Shown here: piece after piece, positions 23,861-36,218 of the stretch
Numbering within the stretch: position 1 is the stretch's first letter
How the letters are laid out: each line of letters opens with the position of its first letter
DNA from: Gnetum montanum
Lineage: Eukaryota; Plantae; Gnetophyta
Direction: 5' to 3'
Assembly: GCA_015680685.1 (NCBI GenBank)
Contig: MNCI01000307.1
Location: forward strand, 117,549 to 181,548
DNA length: 64,000 nucleotides
Notes under the pieces: generated by a model
Databases searched by the model: none
The model's input: the letters and a program-made list of their open reading frames with translations, nothing else
What the model was told of the DNA's origin: nothing
Made by a program: the position numbers and the translations under genes

Positions 23861-24959
23861 AAAATCAAGAATAGTGGAGGAGATGTCATGGAATGGAAGA
23901 AAATGTAAATTTATAGATCAATTAATAGAGATGCCAAGAATCTGCACACAGTTTTGCCAATTTGACATAGGAAATATTTGTATTATTAAATTCATATGGA
24001 CTACTTTCCTTATCACAACACACTATAGACTATTCTTCATTTCAAAATCTTAGATTCATAGGATGCTCAAATAGCTTCGCCAATAGCCCACTCAGAAATT
24101 GTTATGGCTAATGATTGAAAAATCATACAAAAAACCTTGCTCGGTACAAAAAATGACTAGGAAAAATTGGGTGACTTTGACAAATTAGCTAAAAACCTTA
24201 ACTAATATTAAACTCCAATATATAATGTTTATTATAATTAAATCTCTACAAAATTTTATATTTTTAAATATGTTAATGTTTTAAACACTTTTTATCAACA
24301 TAGTACAAGTTAAAGTTTAATCTTGAGGGAAAGTAGAGCTGCAACACTTATGTTCAATGCATAAGTTAAAACCTAAGCTAAATAGAGATTTTATAAAGGA
24401 TTTAAGGAAAGCAAATTGCAAAGAAAATCTATGAATTACTGGTAATTAGTTTAGAGCTATCTGTGTGCTCTAGATGTGCTTTTTTATTTTATGACTTGTA
24501 TTTTGAATTTCAAGTATATTTACTATTATATATATTTTATTTATTTAAAATAATATTTAACAAAATTTCAAAATTCTTAAGATTCAAATATTGATATATT
24601 TAACATGTAGATTTTCTTGCTTATCATCCTAAGGGCCAAGTTCTTTTTTTGTTTCTCGCGCATAGTAGAGTATCTTCCTGGTTTTTTTTTTTTAAAATTC
24701 CATTAGTATTTTTTCACGTGAAGGATGGATGCCCTACCAAGGTGATTAAGCAAGGTGCCATCTTTTATGACATGTTGATGGGCACCATTTAGGCAGTTTA
24801 AATTAACTAAATATAAATTCCATTTGGATTCCTTGCTTGTTTAAAAAAATAAAAAGGTTTTTGAGTTTAGTTCCATTCAATAGGCATTAAAAACCTTTGG
24901 TTGATATTTTTATGCTAGTGTAGTTTTGCCCTTGATTTAATATCTAAGTTATCTTACAC

Positions 24960-26705
24960 AGTGAGGGGAGCCTCTTAATTAAAAAGGTTATTGAAAAAAG
25001 GTGCTGATGTTAATGGATTATGTGTAGAGCTTCTTAAATGGGGTGGTCCATTGGTATGGAAAGTAGCTTACAATCTTCTTAATAAAGGGCTTTAGCATGG
25101 TTTTGATCACTCTTGGTTTTCTAGTTGAGTAGTCCTACTTTTCAAAAAAGAAGATAGGACAAATCTTTATAATTATCAATTGATTGCAATCAATTCAATT
25201 TTCACCTAGGTTTTGGGCACTACTTGGGAAAATAAAATTAGTTCATGGACATAAATGCAAGGTCCTCATGCTTAGTCAAAAGCAAGTTTCAAGAGGAATC
25301 ATTCTATTATAGACTATCTAATAACTTTGCATTATTATGTAGAGAAAGTAAGAAAAGCCTAACCATACAACCTTTATCTGTTTTGTTGATTTCTCCAAAG
25401 GTTATGATTCTATTACTCAAGATAAACTTTGAAAGAGATTAGATAGTATTAACATTTCATAAGATCTACCTTTTACTGCTAAAAGAATGTATGAGACGGT
25501 TAACATTCTTATTGAAGATAATTTTACTAAAGAAGGAATAATTATCAACTGCTCAATTGGAGTTAAATAAGGTTGTCCTTTGTTACCTACACTTTTTGGC
25601 ATATTTATATATTAATTGAAGGAATGCATGTTAAATGCCTCTAATAATGGTATGTTAGTGAATAGATTGTTTTAACCATACTTCTCTTTGTAGATGATGT
25701 GACCTTAATTACAAAGTCAACTATAGGATTAAATTATATGCTGCAAATTCTCCATGGTGATCAAAACCATTCTAGTAGAAAATATTGATAAGACTAAAAT
25801 TCTAGTTTGTAGTACTAGAAATAGAAATTACAATTTTTTTCCTTGGAGAAAAAGGAATTGATATATGTGAATCTTATAAATATTTTGGAACTGAATTTGC
25901 CAAGAATTATAGTTGGAATATCCTTATTGCTCAAAGGGTTTTAGCTGGCATGCAAGCACTATTTGCTTTAAGAAATAACTGTAGTAGGAAATAAATTTTG
26001 GCATTGGAGATCAAAAGGAAAAATTTTCATAGTTTTATCCAACCTGCATTATTATATGGGTGTATTTCCTAGGGACCTTTACTTTCCAAACATAATTGGG
26101 AAAAATTAGAGCATGTTCGAAAACCATTCCTTGCATGTGAATTTCTTATGATATCTTACTTTTAGGAGCATATTTTCTTCCTTTTGAAGTTGAAGCCCTT
26201 TGTCAATTTTTTACTTATAATAAGGAATTAAGTCACATGAAGGAAGTTAATTATGGTAAGGAGATAATGAATGGTACACAAGAAAATAGATGGTTGCATT
26301 AAGGAAATTTATGGTTTTAGGGATAGAATATTGTAATAGAGGATCTTTCTTTAAACAAACGGCTCTTTGGGAAAACTATAAAAGAAAAAGTCTTAAATAA
26401 AGTTTGGTTGAATACATTTGAGCATCTATTCTTAGGTATTCTTATTTATTTAAGGAATTAAATTGCTACAGCAAGAATAAGCTCTCATCATATCCTTATT
26501 GAGATAGGTCATTGGAACAGTTTACAAAGAGAAGACCATATTTGCAAACAAAGCATAGAGGATGAAGAACATATTTTTTAAGCTTGCCCATCTTTGACTC
26601 ACATTTGAATGAATTATAATATTAATTGTAATCTGGTAACTACTTTCTTTCAAATTAACTCTATCTATTTAAGGCATTACATCAATGATGTTTTCAACTT
26701 TCTTT
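24960..26705 (+). mobile_element. 5'-truncated LINE (non-LTR) RT and C-terminal region, decayed; non-L1 (L2/Crack/RTE-X-like) signature
   Basis: KGADVNGLCVELLKWG, VLLFKKEDRTNLYNYQLI, GVK*GCPLLPTLFGIFI, LLFVDDVTLI, YKYFGTEF. C-terminal SSHILIEIGHW..REDHICK..EDEEHIF*ACP. Confidence 0.85.
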
Positions 26706-26744
26706 AAAAAATATATTAAGCCTTTATATGGGTCCAACAAATAT

Positions 26745-26898
26745 TTTGTGATTGCCTAGACAGAATAAAAATTTCTAGTTTTCAGTATTTTTAAGTGACT
26801 AGTATACACCAATTACAACAAATCCTTTGTGTTTGCCTGGGTGTAATAAAAATTTTTAATTTTCAGTATTTGTATGTAGGTAATATGCACCAAATACA
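26745..26898. repeat. ~81-bp degenerate tandem duplication
   Basis: tttgtg.ttgcct....aataaaaattt..ttttcagtatt...caccaa.taca occurs twice. Confidence 0.75.
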
Positions 26899-26929
26899 TG
26901 TACTGTGAAGGAGCTCACCAACTATAGTT

Positions 26930-28780
26930 AGAAATAACGAAACTCAAAAACTACAAAGCCCGCTACGGATTAATGCATAACAAGCACGAAATCTACACCC
27001 TTCTGGAGTTGAACTCACGGTTTCCTCAATCAGAGGGAAAGTTAACATGGAAATTAATGTAGCCAAGAAACAAATAGAGCAGCATGGGAAAGCTAAATCG
27101 TCCTAAAGTCTTGCTTCAGCTTGGAAATGCAAACCCAAAGAACAATAAAGCTAAAAGTCACAGGAGCAGGACTCGGATATCTTTTTTGCAACATAATACA
27201 GGATAATTAGTTACATCCGGATTTATTTTAATTTCCTTTACCAATGCTACATTTGAATCTATTTTAATCTTCGTTAGCAATGCAATTTAGAAAAGGATTT
27301 CAGTGGAATCCTCAAATTCCTTAAAGTTGATTGTTGCTTGTTTTTCAATGAGGTCTACTATGTAGCCGGCCACTGTAAATGTAAATCTGGAATACCTTTG
27401 CTTCCTCACCTAAGAAAAATAATTTAAATGTACATCAGAGATTTATTGACCACTTTATAAATGTAAGGTTAAAATGCGAAGACAACTTTATAAAAAAATA
27501 TTGTTACGATAGATAGCAATTATGGGTTTTCTTTTTTATCCGTGTTTCTAATGGTTGAAACGGTTTATAATGGCCGTTGTTGAAATAAAAAATCAATCTA
27601 AGTACTTCAGAATTTTTTAATAATTTAAATATAAAGGTCCTTGTGTTCTTGATCTTTTTACCAATTTTTTTGGTTGCTTGAGCAAATAGAAAGAGATTTT
27701 TTCTCTGAAGCTTTTCTGTAAATGTTTCCCTTCACATGGAACAGTTTACACTGTAAATACATTGACTCTTTTTATTCTTTCCTTTTTATCATCTTAAAAG
27801 TTAAAAAGACTCTAATCCCCATAACACACTGTAAAATACATACCGTCCATTATTTATTTATTTTAATACAGACTCCAGATATGCTTGAGAGAGGCCCTCA
27901 AGCTGGCCGCTGGGCAATAGGCGGGCTCTGGCATTCGAACCATGGGCTAGCCACGTTACCGTTATTTAAATCTTAGAACGTACTAAAACTTCAGTTTTTA
28001 GTTTCATTATTTAGGACAGAACTAGTGTAACAGACAAGAGGATGAAACACATTATTCAGATTTAGATCACCAAAGATCGATGTTGTAGGTGGGACAAACT
28101 TCCGGTACGAGCCACTGTTCAACGGAGAAGAACTGATCCACAGAAGATTCTTTGTATGCGCTGACTGTGACCTGAACGGAGCATTTTGATGTGCTGTTGC
28201 TGTGATGGCATTGTTATTGCTCCCAGTTTCTAGGTCTATGCTGGCTTTGGTTACTTCTTAGCATATGTATATAGGTGTAGCTTAGCCGTCAAAGTATTAA
28301 CATTAAATACCAAAGTCAGGGGGCTACATTGAGTTGATGCCTAAATAATAAGCTGATGTTTAAAAGATGAGATAGCATTCTAACTTTCCACTTGGCATAG
28401 ACCAATAAGCTGATGGTGATGTGCAAAAATAAAATGACATCTTAGTTTTTCATTTGTGAATCCCACTGTTTCAAATTGTGTATATTGGGCATTAGTTTAC
28501 ATTTGATGCAATGTGCTGTGGCATGCAATTTAGTGAATGGACCATAGACATGGTTATCCTGAAACAAAGTTGACAGGTAGTAGTAGCACACAAAGAACAC
28601 AAGTTTACATTATACAAAATTCCAATTTAGCCTCAACAATCAAATAAAACAAAGGTGCATCCTAAATGTTCAAGTGAGATGCATGTTGAAAAAGGAATCA
28701 TACCGCTTAAATGCAATTCCGGGAGGCATATATGAACATAAAAGAAAGACTCACGAATTCTAATCCATGCTTTTCGAGGT
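26930..28780. other. CpG-retaining, non-repetitive island with exon-like segments (possible host gene fragment or regulatory DNA)
   Basis: Intact CG/CCGG sites (gcccgctacgg, gccggcc, tccggtacg, ttccggg) contrast with CG-depleted flanks. Minus-strand acceptor ttttcttag|VRKQRYSRFTFTVAGYIVDLIEKQATINFKEFEDSTEILF* at ~27409-27287. Confidence 0.4.
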
Positions 28781-28829
28781 GCTATGCAATTGTTTTTCAA
28801 TCCCTATACAATTTTTTTAACCCCTACTT

Positions 28830-30547
28830 TTACTAGTCCATTGAACAGTAGCTGAAGAAGAGGCCATATTACATTTGAGCTTCCATTATTGCATCTAGTA
28901 TAAGCTTTAGGTCAGCATTAAAAGCTTAGCAGAGGGGAAGAAATCTATCATTTCATCTTGGTGCTAACATCTCCTTCCCACAGAAATCGCTAGCTCTATT
29001 TATAATAGTTCTATAAGCTTCAACACACAATCCTTGTTCTTATTAATGGGGTTTAGCTCACTTTCGTAGCAGTACAAACTCAAACTTTTATATAGAAGCT
29101 TCCTTCAATATAAACTTTTATTGCCATCTTTATTTTTGAAGATGTGGCATGACCATTTTTGGTATAGCTGATTTGAAACTCAATTCTAGAAATTGGTTTT
29201 AGCTTTTCTTTCACTTGGGCTAACATGGCAAAGACTGGTTTAAAGAAAATCAAAAGCTTTAATTCTCACGAATTTTTACTTTTAATAAGATTTTGTGTGT
29301 ATAGTAAAAGTGCTGATATGGCATAGCTTTTTAGAATAACTTCATAGAACTAAAAATGGTTCCAAAAATCAATTTTACGAGCTGATGTGGCAAGGTGCCC
29401 AGTGAACCAAGAATTAGTTCTGAAGCTTTCCTTAAAGAGACAAACATTTAAATTGAGCTTTTTCATCCAAGCTTGTGTGGGAAAGAAATGGTGACATGGT
29501 AGAGCTAATTAAATGAGACCTTATAGAGTAGAAAAATGGATCTACAAGTTGATTCTCATTAGTGCCTTTATTTCAAGTTGATGTGGTACAGCTAATTGAG
29601 TGAGCCCTATAGAACAAGAAAATGGCTCTACAAGCTAGTTCTATTTAGTGCTATTTTCTTTCATGCTAATGTGGAATAGCTAATCAAGTGAGCCCTTCAT
29701 AGAATGAAAAAACAGCTCTACACACTAGCTGGTTCTATTTAGCACTATTTGTTTTGAGCTGACATAAAAGGGCTAATTGAATGAGACCTAAGTAGAATGA
29801 AATAATAGCTTTGCAAGCTGGCTAGTTCTATTTAGCGCTCTCTGTTTCAAGCTGACATGGCAAAGCTAATTTATGATCTTTTTGTAAAACCAAAAATAGT
29901 TCTACAAGCTAAGGTGGATTAAAGGTACTGTTGTGCACATGCTCTAAAATTATTTAAGCTTAATCCCACTAAGTTTGCAAAAGAAAAACTAACATGGAAG
30001 AGCTATTTAAATAATTCTTTGTAGAACAAAAATAAGTGTCTAAGTGTTGGTTCTACAAGTTGAGCAAGAATAAAAAGTTTTAAGTGCATGTGCTCTAAAA
30101 TTCTTTTAAGCTTGACTACATTAAGTTTGTAAAAGAAAAGCTGATGTGGTAGAGTTGTTTGAATGATTCTTTGTAGAGCCAAAATAAGACTATATTAGTT
30201 AGCTTTACAAGTTGAGCTGAATTAAAAAGACTTTTAGTGCACATGCTCTAAAATCTATTTAAGCTTGGCCCCACTAAACAAAGCTGATATAATAAAATCA
30301 ATTTGAGCTACCTTGGTAAAGGTAAAACAATATGAGTTGTCTTTGTAAAGCAAAAATGAAGAGCTAAGATGAAAGACCCACTCTATTCAAGCTAAGTAGA
30401 ACTGCAAAATGATTGTACAAACGAGCTCTATCTACCAATGTGGCTGAAAATACTCTCAACGAAAGATAAGTCAAGAGCTCAAACCCATGCAAAAGGAAAA
30501 GCTCCACTAAAAGGCAAAACATTCAACCAACCTCAAAACACACAACA
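28830..30547 (-). repeat. 3' LTR of copia element (lacks ~640 bp of its distal end)
   Basis: Colinear with 36858-38376. Both end ...ctcaaaacacacaaca on the + strand. Homology stops at ~28830 and there is no TSD. Confidence 0.85.
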
Positions 30548-31301
30548 ATCTTTCATTTTTTGAGATTGGATGAACTCTCAAAGTAATCTTGAACAAGAGA
30601 GAAAAAAAAAGAATCATACACAACCAAGTATACAATAAATGCTTGAAAATCAAGCTCAAAATTGTCATGCTGATCAACTTAGCTCAACCACACAAATTAT
30701 AATTTAGGCTCTTAACAACAAGATCAAGTTAAGTAGGAAAATCATATAGCTAGTTAAAGATGAGCAAATAATCATCATAATAATCTAGCTTATAATACAA
30801 CCAATTAATTAAACACCACATCTAGTTGATCATTACCCAAATCATAATAAGTGAAATAGTCAAGAGAATACTATAACACAAAATAGTTAAAATAGATGAA
30901 AATAACTTAGCCAATCATAAAGTAAGCTAACAGATCTGAGAGAACCTACACACTTATACTTTAACAAGGCAAAGAAGTCAACTTCACTAGTTTCAATAGA
31001 ATGCAGATACAACAACTCATCACATATCAAAAGAAACAATTTTATGATAAAACCATCATAAAAAATAGTATATACTCTCCTATTTTCAAAAAAGGTAAAA
31101 GGCAGCTCCCCCTAACATTAAGCAAATCAAGCTCAAAACATAGACAGAAGATATGGCTACCATAGACAAACAGGTAACTAGAAAACATAGAGATAGACAA
31201 CACACAATAGAAAAATTAAAGTATAACATACATACTCCTATTGCAACAAAGCTCATTAACTCATAACAAAATCCTAAAATAATACTAAGACTTTTAGAAG
31301 C

Positions 31302-34300
31302 TTATGTATGTTTGGGTAATGTAGTTACACCCAATAATGTTCTTAGATATATAAATCTTTCTTTATTTCAAGCCTTTGTAAAAGTGTTTGCTTTTCGTAC
31401 TTTGGAAGAAATGTATGATAACTTTATTGTTTGCAACTCTACCTAATCTCTGAGAAAATGATATTTAATCATAATATGTTTAGTTTTATCATGAAAATAA
31501 AATTTTTACATATAGAAATGATAACATTATTATCACAATGAATAATTATTGAATTATGATAATACTATACCAAAAAGCTTTAATACTTCACTCATCCAAA
31601 GAATTTGTTTACAGTACTGTAAGGCTACAACATATTTGGCTTTGATTGATAATAATGTTACAAAGTTGTACTTTTTTCTCAACCGTGATACCACTCTATT
31701 ACCAAGAAAATGATAATTTTCACTAGTAGATTTTTTATGATCTTTATTTACTGCCCAATCTACATCTGTCAATGCTTGCAATTCAAAACCTTTACTCTTT
31801 GGATACCATAGCCCATGACTAGCTATGCCTTTCAAATATCATAAAATCCTTTTAGCTGTAACCAAGTGTGATTCTTTTGGTTCTAATTGATATCTAGAAA
31901 TCAAGACTACTACAAAAGCTATATCAAGTCTACTAGCTATAGCACAATGTAAGCCTCCCACAATGGATCAATATAGAGTAGCATCAATATTTTATTCATC
32001 TTCATTCTTGAAAAGGTGTACATTTGTGATAAGATATGTTGTACAAGTTTTAGCTTCTATCATGCCAAAACACTTGAGCATCTCTAAACATACTTTGTTT
32101 GTAAAATGAAGGTTCCATCCCTAAGTTGTTGAATATGTAGGCCCAAAAAATGAGATAACTCTCTTATCATAGACATTTCAAACTTTGATTTCATATATTC
32201 AACAAGTTCTTACAAAACTTATGTCATCAACATAAATCTGAGCAACTAAAAACCATGTATTATCCTTTTTAATATAAAGGGTACTATCTAGAGGAGCTCT
32301 TAAATATACATTTTCAGCCAAATATGAACAAAGCTTAGCATGCCACATACTAGGGATTTTTTTAAAACCATATAAAGCTTTTTGTAGATGGTGCACATGA
32401 TTTGCATTTTTAGTGTTAATTAATCCTTTTGGTTGTTCTATATACAATATCTTTTTTATTTCTCCATTTAGGAATGCAAATTTTGCATTGATTAGGTGGA
32501 TCTTAAACTCTTGATAAATTGAAAAAGCTAACAACATTCTAATAGATTCTAATCTTGCAACTAGAGAAAATGTATCTTGATAAGTAATTCCTTCTATCTA
32601 TGCAAATCCTTTTGCTACTAATCTTGTCTTATTTCGAGTTACTTCACCATGCTCATTTAGCTTGCTTACAAAGATCCACTTAGTTCCAATGACATTACCT
32701 TCTTTGGGTTGTGGAACAAGCTCCCAAGTATTATTCTTTATAATTTTCTTCATCTCTTCATCCATGGAATTCTTCCAGACCTTACTTCTAAGAGCTTCCC
32801 TAATTGTTAGAGGAATGGAAAATGCAAGACAACATATTAATAAGTTATGATCTCTTATTTTAACTCTATTCCTCCTTATTTTTTATCTAAGAGATGTCTT
32901 AAGAATATATATGATGGATGTGAACTTCTGTATTCTTCTTGTTAGGTCATCATTAGGTGTAGCCTCTTGTTCTATTTCTGCCTCATTCATTAAAACTGGC
33001 TATTCTTCATTAATCTCATTAGCTTGTTCAGATGTCAAAATGTCATCATCATTTTCTTCTTCATCTTCATTCATACTTTTCTCAATCATATTGTTAGTAA
33101 CTTTTGATAATTCATCCACCTTAACATGGTGTGTTTTAACAAAATTTAATTTTTTTAAATTTAGGTAATGATAAGCTTTTAAATAACTAGAATATCTAAT
33201 AAACAAACCATCCTAACAATGACTATTAAGCTTGTGGAAATTATATTAATTATTAATTTATGAGTTGCTACCAAAAATTTTGAAATATTAAACATTAGCC
33301 ATTTTATCATACCACATTTGATAAGGAGGCTTACCATCATTAGCTTTTACGAAACATCTATTGATGATATATACATTTGTTTGCCTACCACATTCCATAT
33401 GTACATTGGTACATTATTTTTGTACATCATTGATCGAATCATCTCAAGTATAGTTCTATTTCTCCACTCTACAACACCAATTTTCTCAAGTATTCTAGTT
33501 AATGAGAATTGTCTCTTGATACCTAAATCTCTGCATAGTCTACAAAACTCATTTGAGATGAAATCACCTCCATTGTTAGTCCTAATAGCTTTGATTTTAA
33601 GTCTTCTTTCAATTTCAACCATACTTTTGGATGCCTTAAAACATTTTAAAACATTGGAATTTTCTCAATACAAGTTAGCCATGACATTCTAGTATAATCA
33701 TCAACAATAAGAAAGAAATATTTATTACCATCAAAACCAACTATATCAAAAAGGCCATAGACATCCATATGTAGTAATTCAACTTTATTTTTATAATGAA
33801 AGTTCACTAGCTTAAAGGTAGCTCTAGTTTGCTTGCCACATTGGCATGAAAAAGATACCTCTTCCACATGACTTACCTAAGGAATATTCTTTAACACTTT
33901 GAGCCTTGATGAGAGCTTTTATGTTTCTTGAGCTTAAGTATCCTAGTCTTTTATGCCATAACCTATTACTAGTTATCTAAGAAATAAGAGTTATACATTG
34001 AGCCTACTCATTTATAGAGTATAAATTATTTATTACTTAAGTAACAAAAGCTTTGAAATCCTTTTCTTTATTCTAATATACATTTCTCATCTATGAAATA
34101 GATATTATAACCTTCTCTTGAAAATTATCCTAAGGTTAACAAGTTATAATGTAACCCATCGATAAAATAAACATTATCAAATTCAAGAAAATTCTCATGA
34201 ATTTTTTTGAGCCAATACCTCTTACCAAAAGTTTACCTTTATCACCAAAGATTACTTTTTCTCCATTAAAGGGTTTTAATATGATAAATTTTGATCTATC

Positions 34301-36148
34301 ATCAACTATTAAGAAACAACATCTCTAGCTATAAGAGATCTTTAAGGCTAAATAAACCAAGAGATCTCTTTTATTTATTGATCTCCAAACTTCTTTCCCA
34401 ATTCTATTATTTATCAAAAAGTAGTTAGTAGCATGGAAATCTCACATATATCCATAATGAGAAAAATTACTAATTCTACAATTTCTTGCTTTACACTCTA
34501 GGTTTCCACAATTAAAATAAGATCCTTAAAAGAAATTAGCTACCATTCTTGGGCCATATCCAATGATTGGAATTCTTGGAGTAGGAAGAATTCCCTTACC
34601 TATTTATGAGCTAATATTTTGTGACAATGGAGGCCATGTTTGGACTATCTTTTAGGCTGATACTTTTATTGAAGACGACCATTTTGAATATTTAGGCTCA
34701 TATCCAAGCCCTCTTTTATTATCATTTGATCATCCATTGTTGATGATATCCTTGAGATGTTCCATGCTACAAATAAACTAGCTAAATAAATCAAGTGTAA
34801 CTTGAGTAGCCTTACCTTTCATTTCCTTCTTCAATAGCAACACCTCCTCTTTCAATTTTAAGTTCTCTTGTTTAGTTGATTCAAGCTTCATCTTATAACT
34901 CTTGACTTCTTTCTTTATTTATTTTAAAATTTTATTTTATTTTTTATTAACTTTGTCCACCATCTCCAATTGCTCAATTAGCCCTTCTATGTAAGTGTTC
35001 TTAGTTTCTTCATATTCAATTTCAGTTGTGTCTAATGAGTCTAGTCCATCTTCATCTTCACTTGAACTTGTAGTCTCAAGAGTACTAGAAGTTTTTTGCT
35101 CATTTGGATTAGTATACATGAAGCTTTGAAAATCATCATCTAAATCATAGTCTTCAATCATGGCTTAAAATGAAAATAAATCTTATGTAACAATTTTAGT
35201 ATAATTAGTTATTATATCAACATGATAAAATGAACAAAAGAATTTTCTTCCACATTCTCGATTTCTATATTGATTTCTAAATGCTCTAATTGGTTATAAA
35301 TTTAGCTAATTAAGCTTTTGATTTCTCAAATTTGTACCAAGTTCTCTTTGGCCTAAACCTGGTCATATGATTTTTCTGATGTTCTTCTTCTTTCTTATTC
35401 TTTGAATACTTAGCAATCATATGACCTATTTCACCATAATAATAAGAAAAAGACTTAGTTTCTTACAAGCCTTGATCTTTTGGAGTCTTTTAAGCTTTTT
35501 GTTAAGATTAATGATCTCCTTATGAGAATCTAAACATGGTGTTGATGGTTCCTCCTTATGTTCATTTTTTTCATCTTTAGCTTTGAAGGTAATTTCTCCC
35601 TTTTTCCTAAAACAAGTAGGTCCTCCTTTTCTGATTTTGAATGCTAAAAGAATACTATAGAGCTAAGTTACTATCAATATAGAAAGGTCTTTTGCCACTT
35701 CTATGGATGAAATATTTGCTTTGAATCTACTAGGTAAGATAGATAAAATTTTATAGTAGATTATATTTTCATATTGTGCTTCATCAAGCATAGCCATCTC
35801 ACTAATAATTTCATCTATTTGGCTGAGGAATTTGTTGATATTTTCATTCTCTTCTATCCTTAAAGCATTAAAACATGCTCTTACAGTTAACAACTTAGAC
35901 TTCTTTACTTTATTATCTCCTTCATAAATATCTTGAAGATGCTCCCACATTTCTTTGGCTACATGAAAGTGCATAATCTTCATCCACACTACTCTATCCA
36001 AGCCACACACCAAAGCATTCATACCTCAAGCATCATATATAACATTGTTGGTTCTTCTACATGTCTTCATCTTGAACTTCCATAGAGGATAATCTTAGCC
36101 ATTGTACCATGGAGCTTTATTGGATGAGAATCCTTGATTTCATGCCAT
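31302..36148 (-). pseudogene. copia gag-pol (gag, Zn knuckles, integrase, RT, RNase H), decayed
   Basis: gag MA*NQGFSSNKAPWYNG*DYPLWKFKMK and MWEHLQDIYEGDNKVKKSKL. Integrase ELLHMDVYG..IVDDYTRMSW, IRTNNGGDF, GVVEWRNRT. RT AFLNG..LQKALYG..IYVDDI. RNase H TDVDWA..KSTS, KTKHI.IKYHFLRD. Confidence 0.92.
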
Positions 36149-36200
36149 GTCTAGGAAAATGAAAAAGTACAACACAGATAGTTAAGTCAATAGGTATTGA

Positions 36201-36216
36201 CTAGGATTTGATACCA
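36201..36216 (-). promoter_or_regulatory. Primer binding site, tRNA-iMet type
   Basis: Minus strand reads TGGTATCAAATCCTAG, 2 nt from the LTR end. Confidence 0.8.
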
Positions 36217-36218
36217 AT

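Larger units (their letters stand above)
1..24300 (+). mobile_element. Putative large Helitron (RepHel + RPA70-like + cargo pseudogenes), interrupted by an Athila-like LTR element; 5' end outside window, 3' end not identified
   Basis: RepHel and RPA70-like pseudogenes lie at 1-3690. The CTTAG TSD shows that 4187 and 17455 were contiguous. Uniformly AT-rich, short-intron pseudogenes continue to about 23900. No clear terminal hairpin+CTRR was found, so the right boundary is a guess. Confidence 0.55.

Noticed and set aside
24447-24472. Hairpin TAGAGC..GCTCTA(G) as Helitron 3' terminus
   Set aside because: The CTAG overlaps the stem instead of lying ~10 nt downstream, and the stem is weak.
26899-26920. 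miR319-like word tgtactgtgaaggagctcacc
   Set aside because: Several mismatches/indels and no precursor fold-back.
28047-28151. Minus-strand frame ...SVDQFFSVEQWLVPEVCPTYNIDLW* resembling a pectin methylesterase C-terminus
   Set aside because: Only a few residues match, no upstream PME motifs were found, and competing frames are equally plausible.
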